Below, piece by piece: positions 45,091-53,781 of a stretch of 64,000 nucleotides of DNA. The notes beneath the pieces were generated by a model. The model was not told where the DNA came from. It saw only the letters and a list, made by a program, of their open reading frames with translations, and searched no databases. A program made the translations under genes and the position numbers. The DNA is from an uncultured Acidobacteriaceae bacterium (lineage in GTDB: Bacteria > Acidobacteriota > Terriglobia > Terriglobales > Acidobacteriaceae): NCBI GenBank assembly GCA_963735545.1, contig CAVTLU010000010.1, forward strand, positions 29,062 to 93,061, read 5' to 3'. Within the stretch, counting starts at the first letter, position 1. The number at the start of each line of letters is the position of its first letter.

Positions 45091-45196
45091 TTCGCTTTCT
45101 CCTCGTCAACTTCTTTCGTCAACCTGAAAATCGACACCTGAGGGTGTCGCAGTTTAGCATAAATGTTTGCTCCACCAGTCAGCAGGAGGCTGAGAC

Positions 45197-46588
45197 ATGG
45201 GCTTTGACACGATCATTACTAACGGACGCGTCGTCACCGCCTCCGACACCTACGACAGCGATGTGGCTATCAGCAACGGGAAGATTGTTGTGCTGGGACA
45301 GAACCTGCCCCGCGAGAATGCATCGAAGATCATCGATGCGGACGGCAAGTATGTTTTCCCCGGTGGAATCGACGTGCACACCCATCTCGACATGCCATTC
45401 GGCGGCACCAACAGCGCCGACGACTTCGAGAGCGGCACGCGCGCGGCCGCGTTTGGCGGAACCACAACCCTGATCGACTTCGCGATCCAGTACAAAGGAC
45501 AGACGTTGCGCACCGCGTTCGACACCTGGATGCAAAAGGCTTCCGCCAAGGCCGTGAGCGACTACTCCTTCCATTGCATCATCACCGATCTGCCCGACGC
45601 GCGGCTGGATGAGATGACTGCGCTGGTGCGCGAGGGCGTCACCAGCTTCAAAATGTTCATGGCATACCCCGGGGTGTTCATGCTCGATGACGCTAGCATT
45701 TTTAAGGCGCTGCGGACGACTGCCAAGAATGGCGCTTTGGTTTGCATGCATGCGGAAAACGGCAGCGCGATTGACGTCATCGTGCAGCAGGCTCTGGCCG
45801 AAGGGAAGACTGCTCCCAAATACCATGCGCTAACTCGTCCCACCACGGCGGAAGCGGAAGCCACGTCACGAGCGATCGCCCTGGCGGAAATGGCTGGCGC
45901 CCCGCTGTACATCGTGCATTTGAGCTGCAATGAGGCGCTGGAAAAAGTTCGTGAGGCGCGGGATCGCGGACTGCCCGTTTATGCGGAAACCTGTCCGCAA
46001 TACTTGTATCTTTCGATCGAGAATTTTGATGTGCCGGGATTCGAAGGCGCAAAGTATGTTTTCACGCCTCCGCTGCGCGAGAAATGGCACCAGGAGAAAT
46101 TGTGGAACGGACTGAAACGCGATCACCTGCAGGTGGTTTCGACCGACCACTGCCCCTTCTGTTTCAAAGAGCAGAAGGAGTTGGGCATCGGTGATTTCAC
46201 CAAGATTCCAAACGGCGGACCGGGCATCGAACATCGCATGAGCCTCATTTTTTCCGGCGGCGTGGTGAAGGGACGATTCAGCGTAAACCGGTTTGTAGAA
46301 CTGGTTTCGACCACTCCGGCAAAGTTGTTTGGCCTATATCCGCGAAAGGGCACGATTGCCGCCGGAAGCGACGCTGACCTCGTAATTTTCGATCCCGAGC
46401 GCAAGCACACCATCAGCGCGAAGACGCATCACATGCGCGTGGATTATTCGATGTTTGAAGGCATCAAGGTGACAGGCATGCCGGAGGTTGTGCTTTCGCG
46501 TGGCAAGGTGATTGTGGAGAAGAATAAGTTTGTCGGGCGTCCGGGGGCGGGGGAGTTTCTGAAGCGGGCGACGTATGTGCAGCAGTAG
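45197..46588 (+). CDS. Dihydropyrimidinase / D-hydantoinase
   Basis: 463 aa with AGGAGG SD. PGGIDVHTHLDMPFGG, the carboxylated-Lys context SFKMFMAY, VCMHAENG, and STDHCPF. Confidence 0.9.
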   Translation: MGFDTIITNGRVVTASDTYDSDVAISNGKIVVLGQNLPRENASKIIDADGKYVFPGGIDVHTHLDMPFGGTNSADDFESGTRAAAFGGTTTLIDFAIQYKGQTLRTAFDTWMQKASAKAVSDYSFHCIITDLPDARLDEMTALVREGVTSFKMFMAYPGVFMLDDASIFKALRTTAKNGALVCMHAENGSAIDVIVQQALAEGKTAPKYHALTRPTTAEAEATSRAIALAEMAGAPLYIVHLSCNEALEKVREARDRGLPVYAETCPQYLYLSIENFDVPGFEGAKYVFTPPLREKWHQEKLWNGLKRDHLQVVSTDHCPFCFKEQKELGIGDFTKIPNGGPGIEHRMSLIFSGGVVKGRFSVNRFVELVSTTPAKLFGLYPRKGTIAAGSDADLVIFDPERKHTISAKTHHMRVDYSMFEGIKVTGMPEVVLSRGKVIVEKNKFVGRPGAGEFLKRATYVQQ

Positions 46589-46854
46589 GCAGACCTGTTA
46601 TTCCGGCGTGGCCGTCAGTCCTGAGCGCAGCCGGGCGGCGCGCGCCGAACGCGACGCCCGCGAGTCGAAGGACCCCGATGACGCCGCCAGTGGCACGGAC
46701 GCTGCAAGGGCATTCTCTCCGTGGCTTGTATACGGCGACTTGAGCCCGCCCTGCACCGGCATTCCCGCCCGACGCAGACACGGGGACTTCGACGGCGCCG
46801 GAGCTGCGCTACGCTTGCTCCGGCTGGCTCAGGATGACAACGGGATAAAAGTGC

Positions 46855-46885
46855 AAAAAGCCGGCTCGGAATGCCACCGTCGGCT
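46855..46885 (-). terminator. Weak terminator-like hairpin at the end of nupC
   Basis: On the minus strand, AGCCG...(18-nt loop)...CGGCT is followed by TTTTTG. The stem overlaps the stop codon and is short. Confidence 0.3.
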
Positions 46886-48110
46886 ACCCCGAAATCAGCA
46901 TCCCCGCGATGGAAGCCGACATCAGATTCGCCATCGTGCCCGCCAGCATCGCGCGCAAGCCTAGCCGCGCCAGATCGCTTCTGCGGTTCGGCGCGAGCGC
47001 GCCAATGCCGCCGATCTGAATCCCGATTGAGCTGAAATTCGCAAAGCCGCAGAGCGCAAAGGTTGCGATGGTGAAGGTTCGGGGATCGAGGCTGGCCTTC
47101 ACCGTGCCTAGTTGTGCGAAGGCGACAAATTCGTTGATCACCATGCGGGTGCCCAGCAGATTGCCAATGGTCGCGGCGTCACGCCAGGGAACACCGATGA
47201 GCCATGCGATGGGGGCAAAAATCCATCCGAGCACTTGCTGCAGGCTGTAGGGAAACCACGAAATGTGGATGTGGGTCCATCCCATCATGGCGTTGAGAAG
47301 CGCCAGCAGCGCCAGGAAAACAATCAGCATTGCGCCGACGTTGAGCGCAAGGTGAAGGCCGTCGACGGTGCCACGGGCAATCGCGCCGAGCACGTTAGAT
47401 TCTTTCTCCATGGCCGGCATCTCCACGTGGCCTGCGGTCAGCGGCTTTTCAGTTTCCGGAACCAGCATTTTGGCCATCAACAGAGTTCCAGGCGCAGTCA
47501 TGATGACTGCGGTCAGCAGACTTTTTGCATCCGCGCCGCCCACGCGAATGTACGCCGCCATCATGCCGCCGGAAATATGCGCCATGCCGCTGGTCATCAC
47601 ACACATCAACTCAGACTGAGTGAGATCGGGAAGAAACGGGCGGATGGTCAGCGGAGCTTCGGTCTGCCCCATAAAAATGCTGGCCGCGAGGTTGAGCGAC
47701 TCGGCGCCGCTGGCGCCCATGATGACCGTCATGATCCAGGCGCCGGCGCGAATGACCAGTTGCATCACGCCGAAGTGATAGAGAATCGCGAAAAACGCGG
47801 CGATGAAGATGATGGTGGGCAGCACCTGAAAGGCGAAAATCAGCCCTAGCGAGGATTGCTGCTGTCCCAACTCGCCGAAGACGAACGAGGAGCCGGCATA
47901 GGAAAAATCGAGCAATCTCTTGGCCCCATCACCCGCGATCTGAAACAACACCGCGCCGGATTTCACCCGGAGAACAAAGAGTGCCAGCGCGAATTGCAGC
48001 CCCAGTCCCCAAACCACGGTTTTAGTTCGGATGGCCCGCCGGTTGGTGGAGAAGGCAAATGCCAGCGCCAACATCGTGAGCAGCCCGAGAATGCCAGTGA
48101 ATCTTCCCAT
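46884..48110 (-). CDS. nupC: NupC/NupG (CNT) family nucleoside transporter
   Basis: ORF trimmed to ATG 48110 (MGRFTGILGLL...), 1 nt after the deoA stop. FVFGELG, the GTRMVINEFVAF motif and the C-terminal ATFALCGFAN.SSIGI are typical of CNT. Confidence 0.9.
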   Translation of the reverse strand: MGRFTGILGLLTMLALAFAFSTNRRAIRTKTVVWGLGLQFALALFVLRVKSGAVLFQIAGDGAKRLLDFSYAGSSFVFGELGQQQSSLGLIFAFQVLPTIIFIAAFFAILYHFGVMQLVIRAGAWIMTVIMGASGAESLNLAASIFMGQTEAPLTIRPFLPDLTQSELMCVMTSGMAHISGGMMAAYIRVGGADAKSLLTAVIMTAPGTLLMAKMLVPETEKPLTAGHVEMPAMEKESNVLGAIARGTVDGLHLALNVGAMLIVFLALLALLNAMMGWTHIHISWFPYSLQQVLGWIFAPIAWLIGVPWRDAATIGNLLGTRMVINEFVAFAQLGTVKASLDPRTFTIATFALCGFANFSSIGIQIGGIGALAPNRRSDLARLGLRAMLAGTMANLMSASIAGMLISG

Positions 48111-48111
48111 G

Positions 48112-49482
48112 CTATTTTCCTTCCGAGCCTTTTCCTTGTGAACCTCGAATGACCCGATGCACCAGAGGCCTTCGTTGTGCAGGAGGCGCATCTGCAATCT
48201 CAAAACTTTCACTCAGCAATCTAGCTGCGGCAGCACCGCGATCCTGGGAATTGTAATGGAGGGTGCAGAGCAGCTCGTTCGCCGCCACCGGATCGCCCAC
48301 TTTGCGATGCAGCACAACCCCAACCGCCGGATCGACAGAGTCTTCCTTCTTGGCGCGCCCGCCGCCCAGGATCACGCAGGCCGTGCCAACGGCTTCGCAA
48401 GCGATTGCCGCGACGTATCCCGCCTTCGGGCTATTTACCTGAAGCGTGCTTCGTGCCTGGGGCAATGTTGCGGGATCGTCGACAATGCCAGCGTCGCCGC
48501 CTTGCAAGGTGATCATTTGACGAAACCGCTCCAGCGCCTCGCCTGATGCGATCAGCTTCTCCGCTTTGAGACGGCCCACAGCCACGGTGTCTGCTGCGCC
48601 TCCGAGATGAAACATCCAGCCTGCAAGTTCCAGGCATAGCTCTCTGAGATCCTGTGGACCGCCTCCCCGCAGCACTTCGAGAGCCTCAATCACTTCCAGC
48701 GAATTCCCCGCGTTCATTCCCAGCGGCTGATCCATGTCCGTAATCAGGGCTACCACGGACTTTCCCATGCGCTCACCGGTTTCGACCATCAGTTCCGCGA
48801 GAAATACGGCGTCTTGCTCCTGCTTCATGAAAGCTCCGCAGCCGGTCTTGACGTCCAGAACGAGAGCATCGATTCCCTCCGCAAGCTTCTTGCTCATAAT
48901 GGAAGCACAAATCAAGTACGGGCTCTCCACGGTCGCAGTCACATCGCGCAGGGCATAGAGCTTGCGATCGGCGGGAGCAATTTCGGATGTCTGGCCGATC
49001 ATGGCGCAGCCGCACGCATGCATGACGCGGCGAAACTCGGGAACCGACAAGTTCACGTTGAAGCCGGGGATTGACTCCAGCTTGTCGAGAGTGCCGCCGG
49101 TGTGCCCAAGCCCGCGGCCGCTAATCATGGGGACAACCAGGCCGCCCGCGGCTACCAGGGGCGCCAGCACCAAGGAAGTCTTGTCGCCCACTCCGCCGGT
49201 GGAATGCTTGTCCACTTTTTTCGCCGGGAATTCGGAAAGGTCGAGCACGTCGCCGGAGTGCAACATGGCATCGGTAAGCACAGAGGTCTCCCCCCGCGTC
49301 ATCCCGCGAAGAATTACCGCCATCAGCCAGGCGGAAACTTGATAGTCGGGAATCTCGCCGTCCGTGTAGGCTCGCACCAGATATTCGATTTCGGACGGAG
49401 ATAGCTCCTGCCCGTCGCGCTTGTTGCGAATCACGTCGATGGCGCGAATCGGAACGGATGCGGACTTTTGCGGTTGATTCAC
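48112..49482 (-). CDS. deoA: Thymidine/pyrimidine-nucleoside phosphorylase
   Basis: 456 aa. IRNKRDG..L, DKHSTGGVGDK.SL.LAP and MISGRGLGHTGGT are diagnostic. The GTG start overlaps the cdd stop (GTGA). Confidence 0.92.
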   Translation of the reverse strand: MNQPQKSASVPIRAIDVIRNKRDGQELSPSEIEYLVRAYTDGEIPDYQVSAWLMAVILRGMTRGETSVLTDAMLHSGDVLDLSEFPAKKVDKHSTGGVGDKTSLVLAPLVAAGGLVVPMISGRGLGHTGGTLDKLESIPGFNVNLSVPEFRRVMHACGCAMIGQTSEIAPADRKLYALRDVTATVESPYLICASIMSKKLAEGIDALVLDVKTGCGAFMKQEQDAVFLAELMVETGERMGKSVVALITDMDQPLGMNAGNSLEVIEALEVLRGGGPQDLRELCLELAGWMFHLGGAADTVAVGRLKAEKLIASGEALERFRQMITLQGGDAGIVDDPATLPQARSTLQVNSPKAGYVAAIACEAVGTACVILGGGRAKKEDSVDPAVGVVLHRKVGDPVAANELLCTLHYNSQDRGAAAARLLSESFEIADAPPAQRRPLVHRVIRGSQGKGSEGK

Positions 49483-49892
49483 TGTAGGCGGAAGCCTTCC
49501 GGCAGAAGTTCCGTAATGTGGCTTTCCTTCCAGCCCTTGGAGCCTTCGTAGATCACGGTTGCATCTGGGCCGAACTCATAAATGACCTGGCGGCAGGCTC
49601 CGCACGGAGAGCAGGGCAAGCCTTGATCGTTGGTCACAGCGATGGCCTGGATGTTCAAGCCGGGACCAGACTCGGCGATCGCCGAGAAAATCGCGGTGCG
49701 CTCGGCGCAGTTGGTTAAGCCATACGATGCATTCTCTACGTTACAGCCGGCAAAGATTTTTCCCTTATCGCTGAGCAGCGCCGCGCCCACCTTGAAGTGA
49801 GAATAAGGGGCGTGCGCATGTTTCATGACTTTGCTCGCGGCACGCAGCAAGCGTTCGCGATTCTTAGACGAAACGGGCTTGGCTGTTCCCAT
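49479..49892 (-). CDS. cdd: Cytidine deaminase (homotetrameric type)
   Basis: 137 aa. CAERTAIF and PCGACRQ are the zinc ligand motifs. Confidence 0.92.
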   Translation of the reverse strand: MGTAKPVSSKNRERLLRAASKVMKHAHAPYSHFKVGAALLSDKGKIFAGCNVENASYGLTNCAERTAIFSAIAESGPGLNIQAIAVTNDQGLPCSPCGACRQVIYEFGPDATVIYEGSKGWKESHITELLPEGFRLQ

Positions 49893-49968
49893 AATTAGAA
49901 CTCGCAGAATAGCGCATGATTCTAAACCTCGATTGAGGTTTACGGTACTGTTTTCGCGATGTTGCTTT

Positions 49969-50128
49969 CCTCCGCCTACTCTGCGGCATTACTCAGCGGC
50001 CTCTGCGTTTTAAGATTTTTTGGCGGGACCAGGGAGACAACATTTTTCGGAAGTTAGAACCAAAATCAAGGTCAACATCTTAAAACGCGGAGACCGCAGA
50101 GAACTTCCGCAGAGACCGCGGAGCAAAA
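49969..50128. repeat. Inverted-repeat element, family A (full-length copy, about 160 nt)
   Basis: The left end cctccgcctactctgcgg...ctctgcgttttaagat is the inverted complement of the right end atcttaaaacgcggagaccgcagagaac..ccgcagagaccgcggag. It lies in the cdd/deoC divergent spacer. Confidence 0.65.
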
Positions 50129-50183
50129 CGTCGACAATAAACTGCGGCGCTGCACGGAAGACGCATAGTAAACTTTAGTTCAC

Positions 50184-50912
50184 ATGTCCCCCAGTGAAGC
50201 CCAAATGACGCAAGGCCGGAATATCGAGGCGCTCACCTGGCAAGATGTGGCCAAGATGATCGATCACACCAACTTGCGTCCGGAAGCCACGCGCGATCAG
50301 ATCGTGCGGCTGTGTCAGGAAGCCCGGGAATTTGCGTTTGGAGCGGTGATGGTCAACGGCTGTTACGTGTCCCTGGCCTGCTCTCAACTACAAGGAAGTG
50401 AGGTAAAGGTCGGAGCGGTGATCGGCTTTCCCCTCGGAGCAACTTTCACCAGTGCGAAGCAATTTGAGGCTTCTGAAGCCCTGCGATTGGGCGCCCAAGA
50501 AATTGACATGGTGCTGAACATCGGCACGCTCAAGGCGAGCGAGAAAGAGCAAGTGGCGTGCGATATCCGAGCCGTGGCGCAAGTCGTGCATGACCAGAAA
50601 GCCCTGCTCAAAGTGATCCTCGAAACTGTTCTGCTCACCGACGAAGAGAAAGTGGCTGCCTGCGAGATCAGCGTGGCCGCGGGCGCGGATTTCGTCAAAA
50701 CTTCCACCGGTTTTCTCGGTGGCGGCGCCACCATCGCAGACATCTCCCTCATGCGCCGCACGGTCGGCGACCGGTGCGGGGTAAAGGCCTCGGGCGGGAT
50801 TCGCAGTGCCGCCGATGCTAAAGCCATGATTCATGCCGGCGCGAATCGCCTTGGAACCAGCAGCGGAGTGAAGATCATCCACGAGTGGCGTGAGGAAGAG
50901 AACGGGAAGTAA
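50184..50912 (+). CDS. deoC: Deoxyribose-phosphate aldolase
   Basis: 242 aa. [29 protein letters not shown] and the Schiff-base lysine context FVKTSTGF. Confidence 0.92.
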   Translation: MSPSEAQMTQGRNIEALTWQDVAKMIDHTNLRPEATRDQIVRLCQEAREFAFGAVMVNGCYVSLACSQLQGSEVKVGAVIGFPLGATFTSAKQFEASEALRLGAQEIDMVLNIGTLKASEKEQVACDIRAVAQVVHDQKALLKVILETVLLTDEEKVAACEISVAAGADFVKTSTGFLGGGATIADISLMRRTVGDRCGVKASGGIRSAADAKAMIHAGANRLGTSSGVKIIHEWREEENGK

Positions 50913-51078
50913 AGCTTAGTAGCGCGACTAGTGTCGTGTCCCGGAAATTTGCTCCACAAGATCGTCATCCCGGCCGAGAGCGAAGCGGAGCAAGGAACCC
51001 TGTGTTTTCAGTGCCCTTTTAATATTACACATGCTGTTCCCAATTTCCTGGGAATTTCCTTCTGCCAAATTGCATTTT

Positions 51079-51156
51079 GACCTCAAGCGCTAAAGCGCGC
51101 GAACATTTTTAGCGACTCTGGGCGGCACGAACGAGACTCGTGCCCTTCCCAAATCT
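51079..51156. repeat. Intergenic repeat family B (GCGCTAAAGCGC ... GGCACGA-loop-TCGTGCC + CTTCCCAAA)
   Basis: gacctcaagcgctaaagcgcgcgaacatttttagcgactctgggcggcacgaacgagactcgtgcccttcccaaa. By eye it is about 75-80% identical to 63898-63975. Confidence 0.6.
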
Positions 51157-52529
51157 CAATACACGGGGAGTCCTGAGGAAAGTTTTCTCTTGTGCCATGC
51201 CAACAGAAGCGCCGATCCAATCAGCATCAACCCGATACACAGCCCCAGCCACAAGCCAAATGCATCCCATCCCAACCCAAAGCACAGCCACGCCCCCAAG
51301 GGAAGTCCAATCAGCCAATAGGCGACAAAATTGGCGAGCATGGGAGTTTTCGTGTCACCTGCGCCCCGCAGGGCTCCGGTCGCAACCGTTTGCAGTCCGT
51401 CGAATAGTTGGAATGCAGCCGCCACTAGCAGCAACTTGGCTCCAACTTCGATCACCGCCACATTCGGAGTAAACAGGCGCGCGATCAGCTTCGGAATCGA
51501 AACGAACACGATCCCGGAACATGCCATGAACCCGACTCCAAGCATGATCGCCGACCATCCTGCGCGCCGCGCGCCGGCCGGGTCGTCTCTTCCTAGCTGT
51601 TGTCCTACGCGAACCGCCGCCGCCGAACTGACTCCCAACGGCACCATGAAGGTGAACGACGCGCAATTCAGCGCAATTTCATGACCCGCAAGCGTCACCG
51701 GCCCGAGTTTTGCACATAGTGCTGTCGCGCCGGAGAATGCTCCAACTTCGAGCAGGATCTGTGTTGCCGCCGGAGCGCCCAACTTCAGCAATGCCGACAA
51801 CCGGCGCGCATCGATTCGAAGCTGGCCTCGCCACGGCGGCAGCGCGCGTTTCGTCTCCACGCGCACCAGCGTAATCGCGAGTACGGCACACATATAAACA
51901 CGCGCCAGACATGTGGACCAGCCTGATCCGGCAATGCCCATGGCGCGAAAACCAAAGTGTCCATAGATCAGCACCCAGTCCCCAACTGCATTGACCACAT
52001 TGGCGGAGATCAATGCGAACATGATGGGATGCGCAACGTCCACCGCCTGCAAGTATCGCCGCAACGCGAAGTAGCCGAGCAGCGGCAGCGTTCCCCAATT
52101 GAGTGCGTACAAGAACGGCCGCATGGGTTCGACCAGTTCCGCACTGATTCCGAAGCGTTGCATCAGCATCGGCCAGAATGTAACCGCTAGCATTAAAATG
52201 GGCGTGAGCAGCAACGCCAGGAACAACCCGTTCACGAGAGAGTGCCGGGCGTCATGGAGATCTTCGCGGCCGTAAGCCTGCGCGACGAAAGTATCCATTC
52301 CGAGCAGTAAGCCGGCGCCAAAGATCGCTACGCCCGTGTACAGGCTGTGTCCAAGGCCGGCGGCCCCCATGGCGATGGCGCTTTTGGGCAGGCGTCCAAC
52401 CATGATGGTGTCCACAATACCCATGCTCATCCAGCCAACCTCAGCAAGAATGAGTGGTAACGCAAGGCGGAACGTCGGACGAAATTCCGCGCGCAGAGAT
52501 GTGGGCGCCTTAGCGGGGATGACGGACAT
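51156..52529 (-). CDS. MATE family efflux transporter
   Basis: ORF trimmed to ATG 52529 (MSVIPAKAP...). 12 TM-like segments, LA.P.I.......M...VDT.MVG at the N-terminus, and G.L.G.GDTK in the second half. Confidence 0.88.
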   Translation of the reverse strand: MSVIPAKAPTSLRAEFRPTFRLALPLILAEVGWMSMGIVDTIMVGRLPKSAIAMGAAGLGHSLYTGVAIFGAGLLLGMDTFVAQAYGREDLHDARHSLVNGLFLALLLTPILMLAVTFWPMLMQRFGISAELVEPMRPFLYALNWGTLPLLGYFALRRYLQAVDVAHPIMFALISANVVNAVGDWVLIYGHFGFRAMGIAGSGWSTCLARVYMCAVLAITLVRVETKRALPPWRGQLRIDARRLSALLKLGAPAATQILLEVGAFSGATALCAKLGPVTLAGHEIALNCASFTFMVPLGVSSAAAVRVGQQLGRDDPAGARRAGWSAIMLGVGFMACSGIVFVSIPKLIARLFTPNVAVIEVGAKLLLVAAAFQLFDGLQTVATGALRGAGDTKTPMLANFVAYWLIGLPLGAWLCFGLGWDAFGLWLGLCIGLMLIGSALLLAWHKRKLSSGLPVY

Positions 52530-52696
52530 TTTCTTAGGTTCTCGCTCGCCGGCTCGGAAGTTCTCTGCTTTTTGAATGCTCGGCATCCAATTTCTCGAAA
52601 GCGATCATGTCTTTCAAGGAGTACAAATAGTAACGCGTCTCTGCGTTTTACCGCAGGATGCCGACAAAATCTCTTTGAGATAACTTCGGGAAGCTC

Positions 52697-53767
52697 ATGG
52701 GAATTGCCCAGCGATACGTCGCGCGATTGATTTTTGGTACTTTTTGCGCCGGTTTACTTCACGCTCAAACTTCACCCTCTAAATCCCCCCTCCAAGTCAA
52801 AGTTGTAGTCGTCACCATGTTCGAGCGCGGCGAGGATACCGGGGACACACCCGGCGAATTCCAACTCTGGGTTGAGCGGGAGCATCTCGACCAAATTCTT
52901 CCGCTCTCTGCCGGATATCGCCATGTGCGATTGAACAAAGATGGCGTGCTGGGAATGGTAACCGGCGTCGGAACCGCCAAGGCCGCGGCGTCGGTGATGG
53001 CGCTTGGACTGGACCCACGCTTTGATTTGTCGAAGGCCTATTGGATCGTCGCCGGAATCGGCGGCGGAGACCCGGCTGACGTGTCGCTCGGCGCAGCGGT
53101 TTGGGCGGATCACGTGATTGATGGCGATTTGGCATTTGAGATTGACGCGCGCCAAATTCCCCTGGATTGGCCAACCGGCTATGTCCCGTTGCGCAAAGGA
53201 ACTCCCTACGAGCAACCGGTGGTGAACGACTACGGCGAAGCTTACACGCTGAATGCGGAACTTGTAGGTTGGGCGGTTCGCTTGACGCACGATGTCCCCC
53301 TCGCCGACTCTGAAACCCTGCGCAACTTCCGTGCTCGATTCGCAGGCTTCCCCAATGCATTGAGGCCGCCGTTTGTGACTCGAGGCGACACCCTGTCCGC
53401 CGGCACATTTTGGCACGGATCAAAGATGGATGAATGGGCGAATGCCTGGACTCGCTACTACACCGGCGGCCAAGGCAACTACATGATCGCGGCCATGGAA
53501 GATTCAGGTACTCTGCAGGCCCTCACGTTTCTGAGCCATGCCGGACGCGTGGATTTGCAGCGCGTGCTGGTGCTGCGCACCGTCAGCAACTACGATCGCG
53601 AACCCGCAGGCATGGCCGTGGACGAAAGTCTGAAGGAAATGGTCTCCGGCAATTATTCGGCCTATATGCCGGCGTTGGAGGCTGCTGAGACGGTCGGCGA
53701 TAAGGTGGTGCGCGATATCGTCTCACATTGGGCCGAGCGCGAGTCGCGCATTCCGCATGTTCCGTAG
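52697..53767 (+). CDS. Purine nucleoside permease (NUP, PF06516-like) family protein with signal peptide
   Basis: 356 aa. Signal peptide ..LIFGTFCAGLLHAQ, then VKVVVVTMFE.GEDTGD.PGE...W, GMVTGVG.A.AA.....LGLDPRFDLSKAYW..AGIGGG.P. This matches the family named after the Candida NUP gene. Confidence 0.78.
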   Translation: MGIAQRYVARLIFGTFCAGLLHAQTSPSKSPLQVKVVVVTMFERGEDTGDTPGEFQLWVEREHLDQILPLSAGYRHVRLNKDGVLGMVTGVGTAKAAASVMALGLDPRFDLSKAYWIVAGIGGGDPADVSLGAAVWADHVIDGDLAFEIDARQIPLDWPTGYVPLRKGTPYEQPVVNDYGEAYTLNAELVGWAVRLTHDVPLADSETLRNFRARFAGFPNALRPPFVTRGDTLSAGTFWHGSKMDEWANAWTRYYTGGQGNYMIAAMEDSGTLQALTFLSHAGRVDLQRVLVLRTVSNYDREPAGMAVDESLKEMVSGNYSAYMPALEAAETVGDKVVRDIVSHWAERESRIPHVP

Positions 53768-53781
53768 ATCTGGTGCGACTT

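Noticed and set aside
46589-46883. The 295-nt convergent spacer between dihydropyrimidinase and nupC, covered by track ORFs 46575..46964 (+) and 46464..46781 (-).
   Set aside because: The translations are low-complexity (Arg/Ala/Pro/Gly) and have no start context. The region contains hairpins (for example CACGGA...TCCGTG) and looks like REP-type filler rather than a gene.
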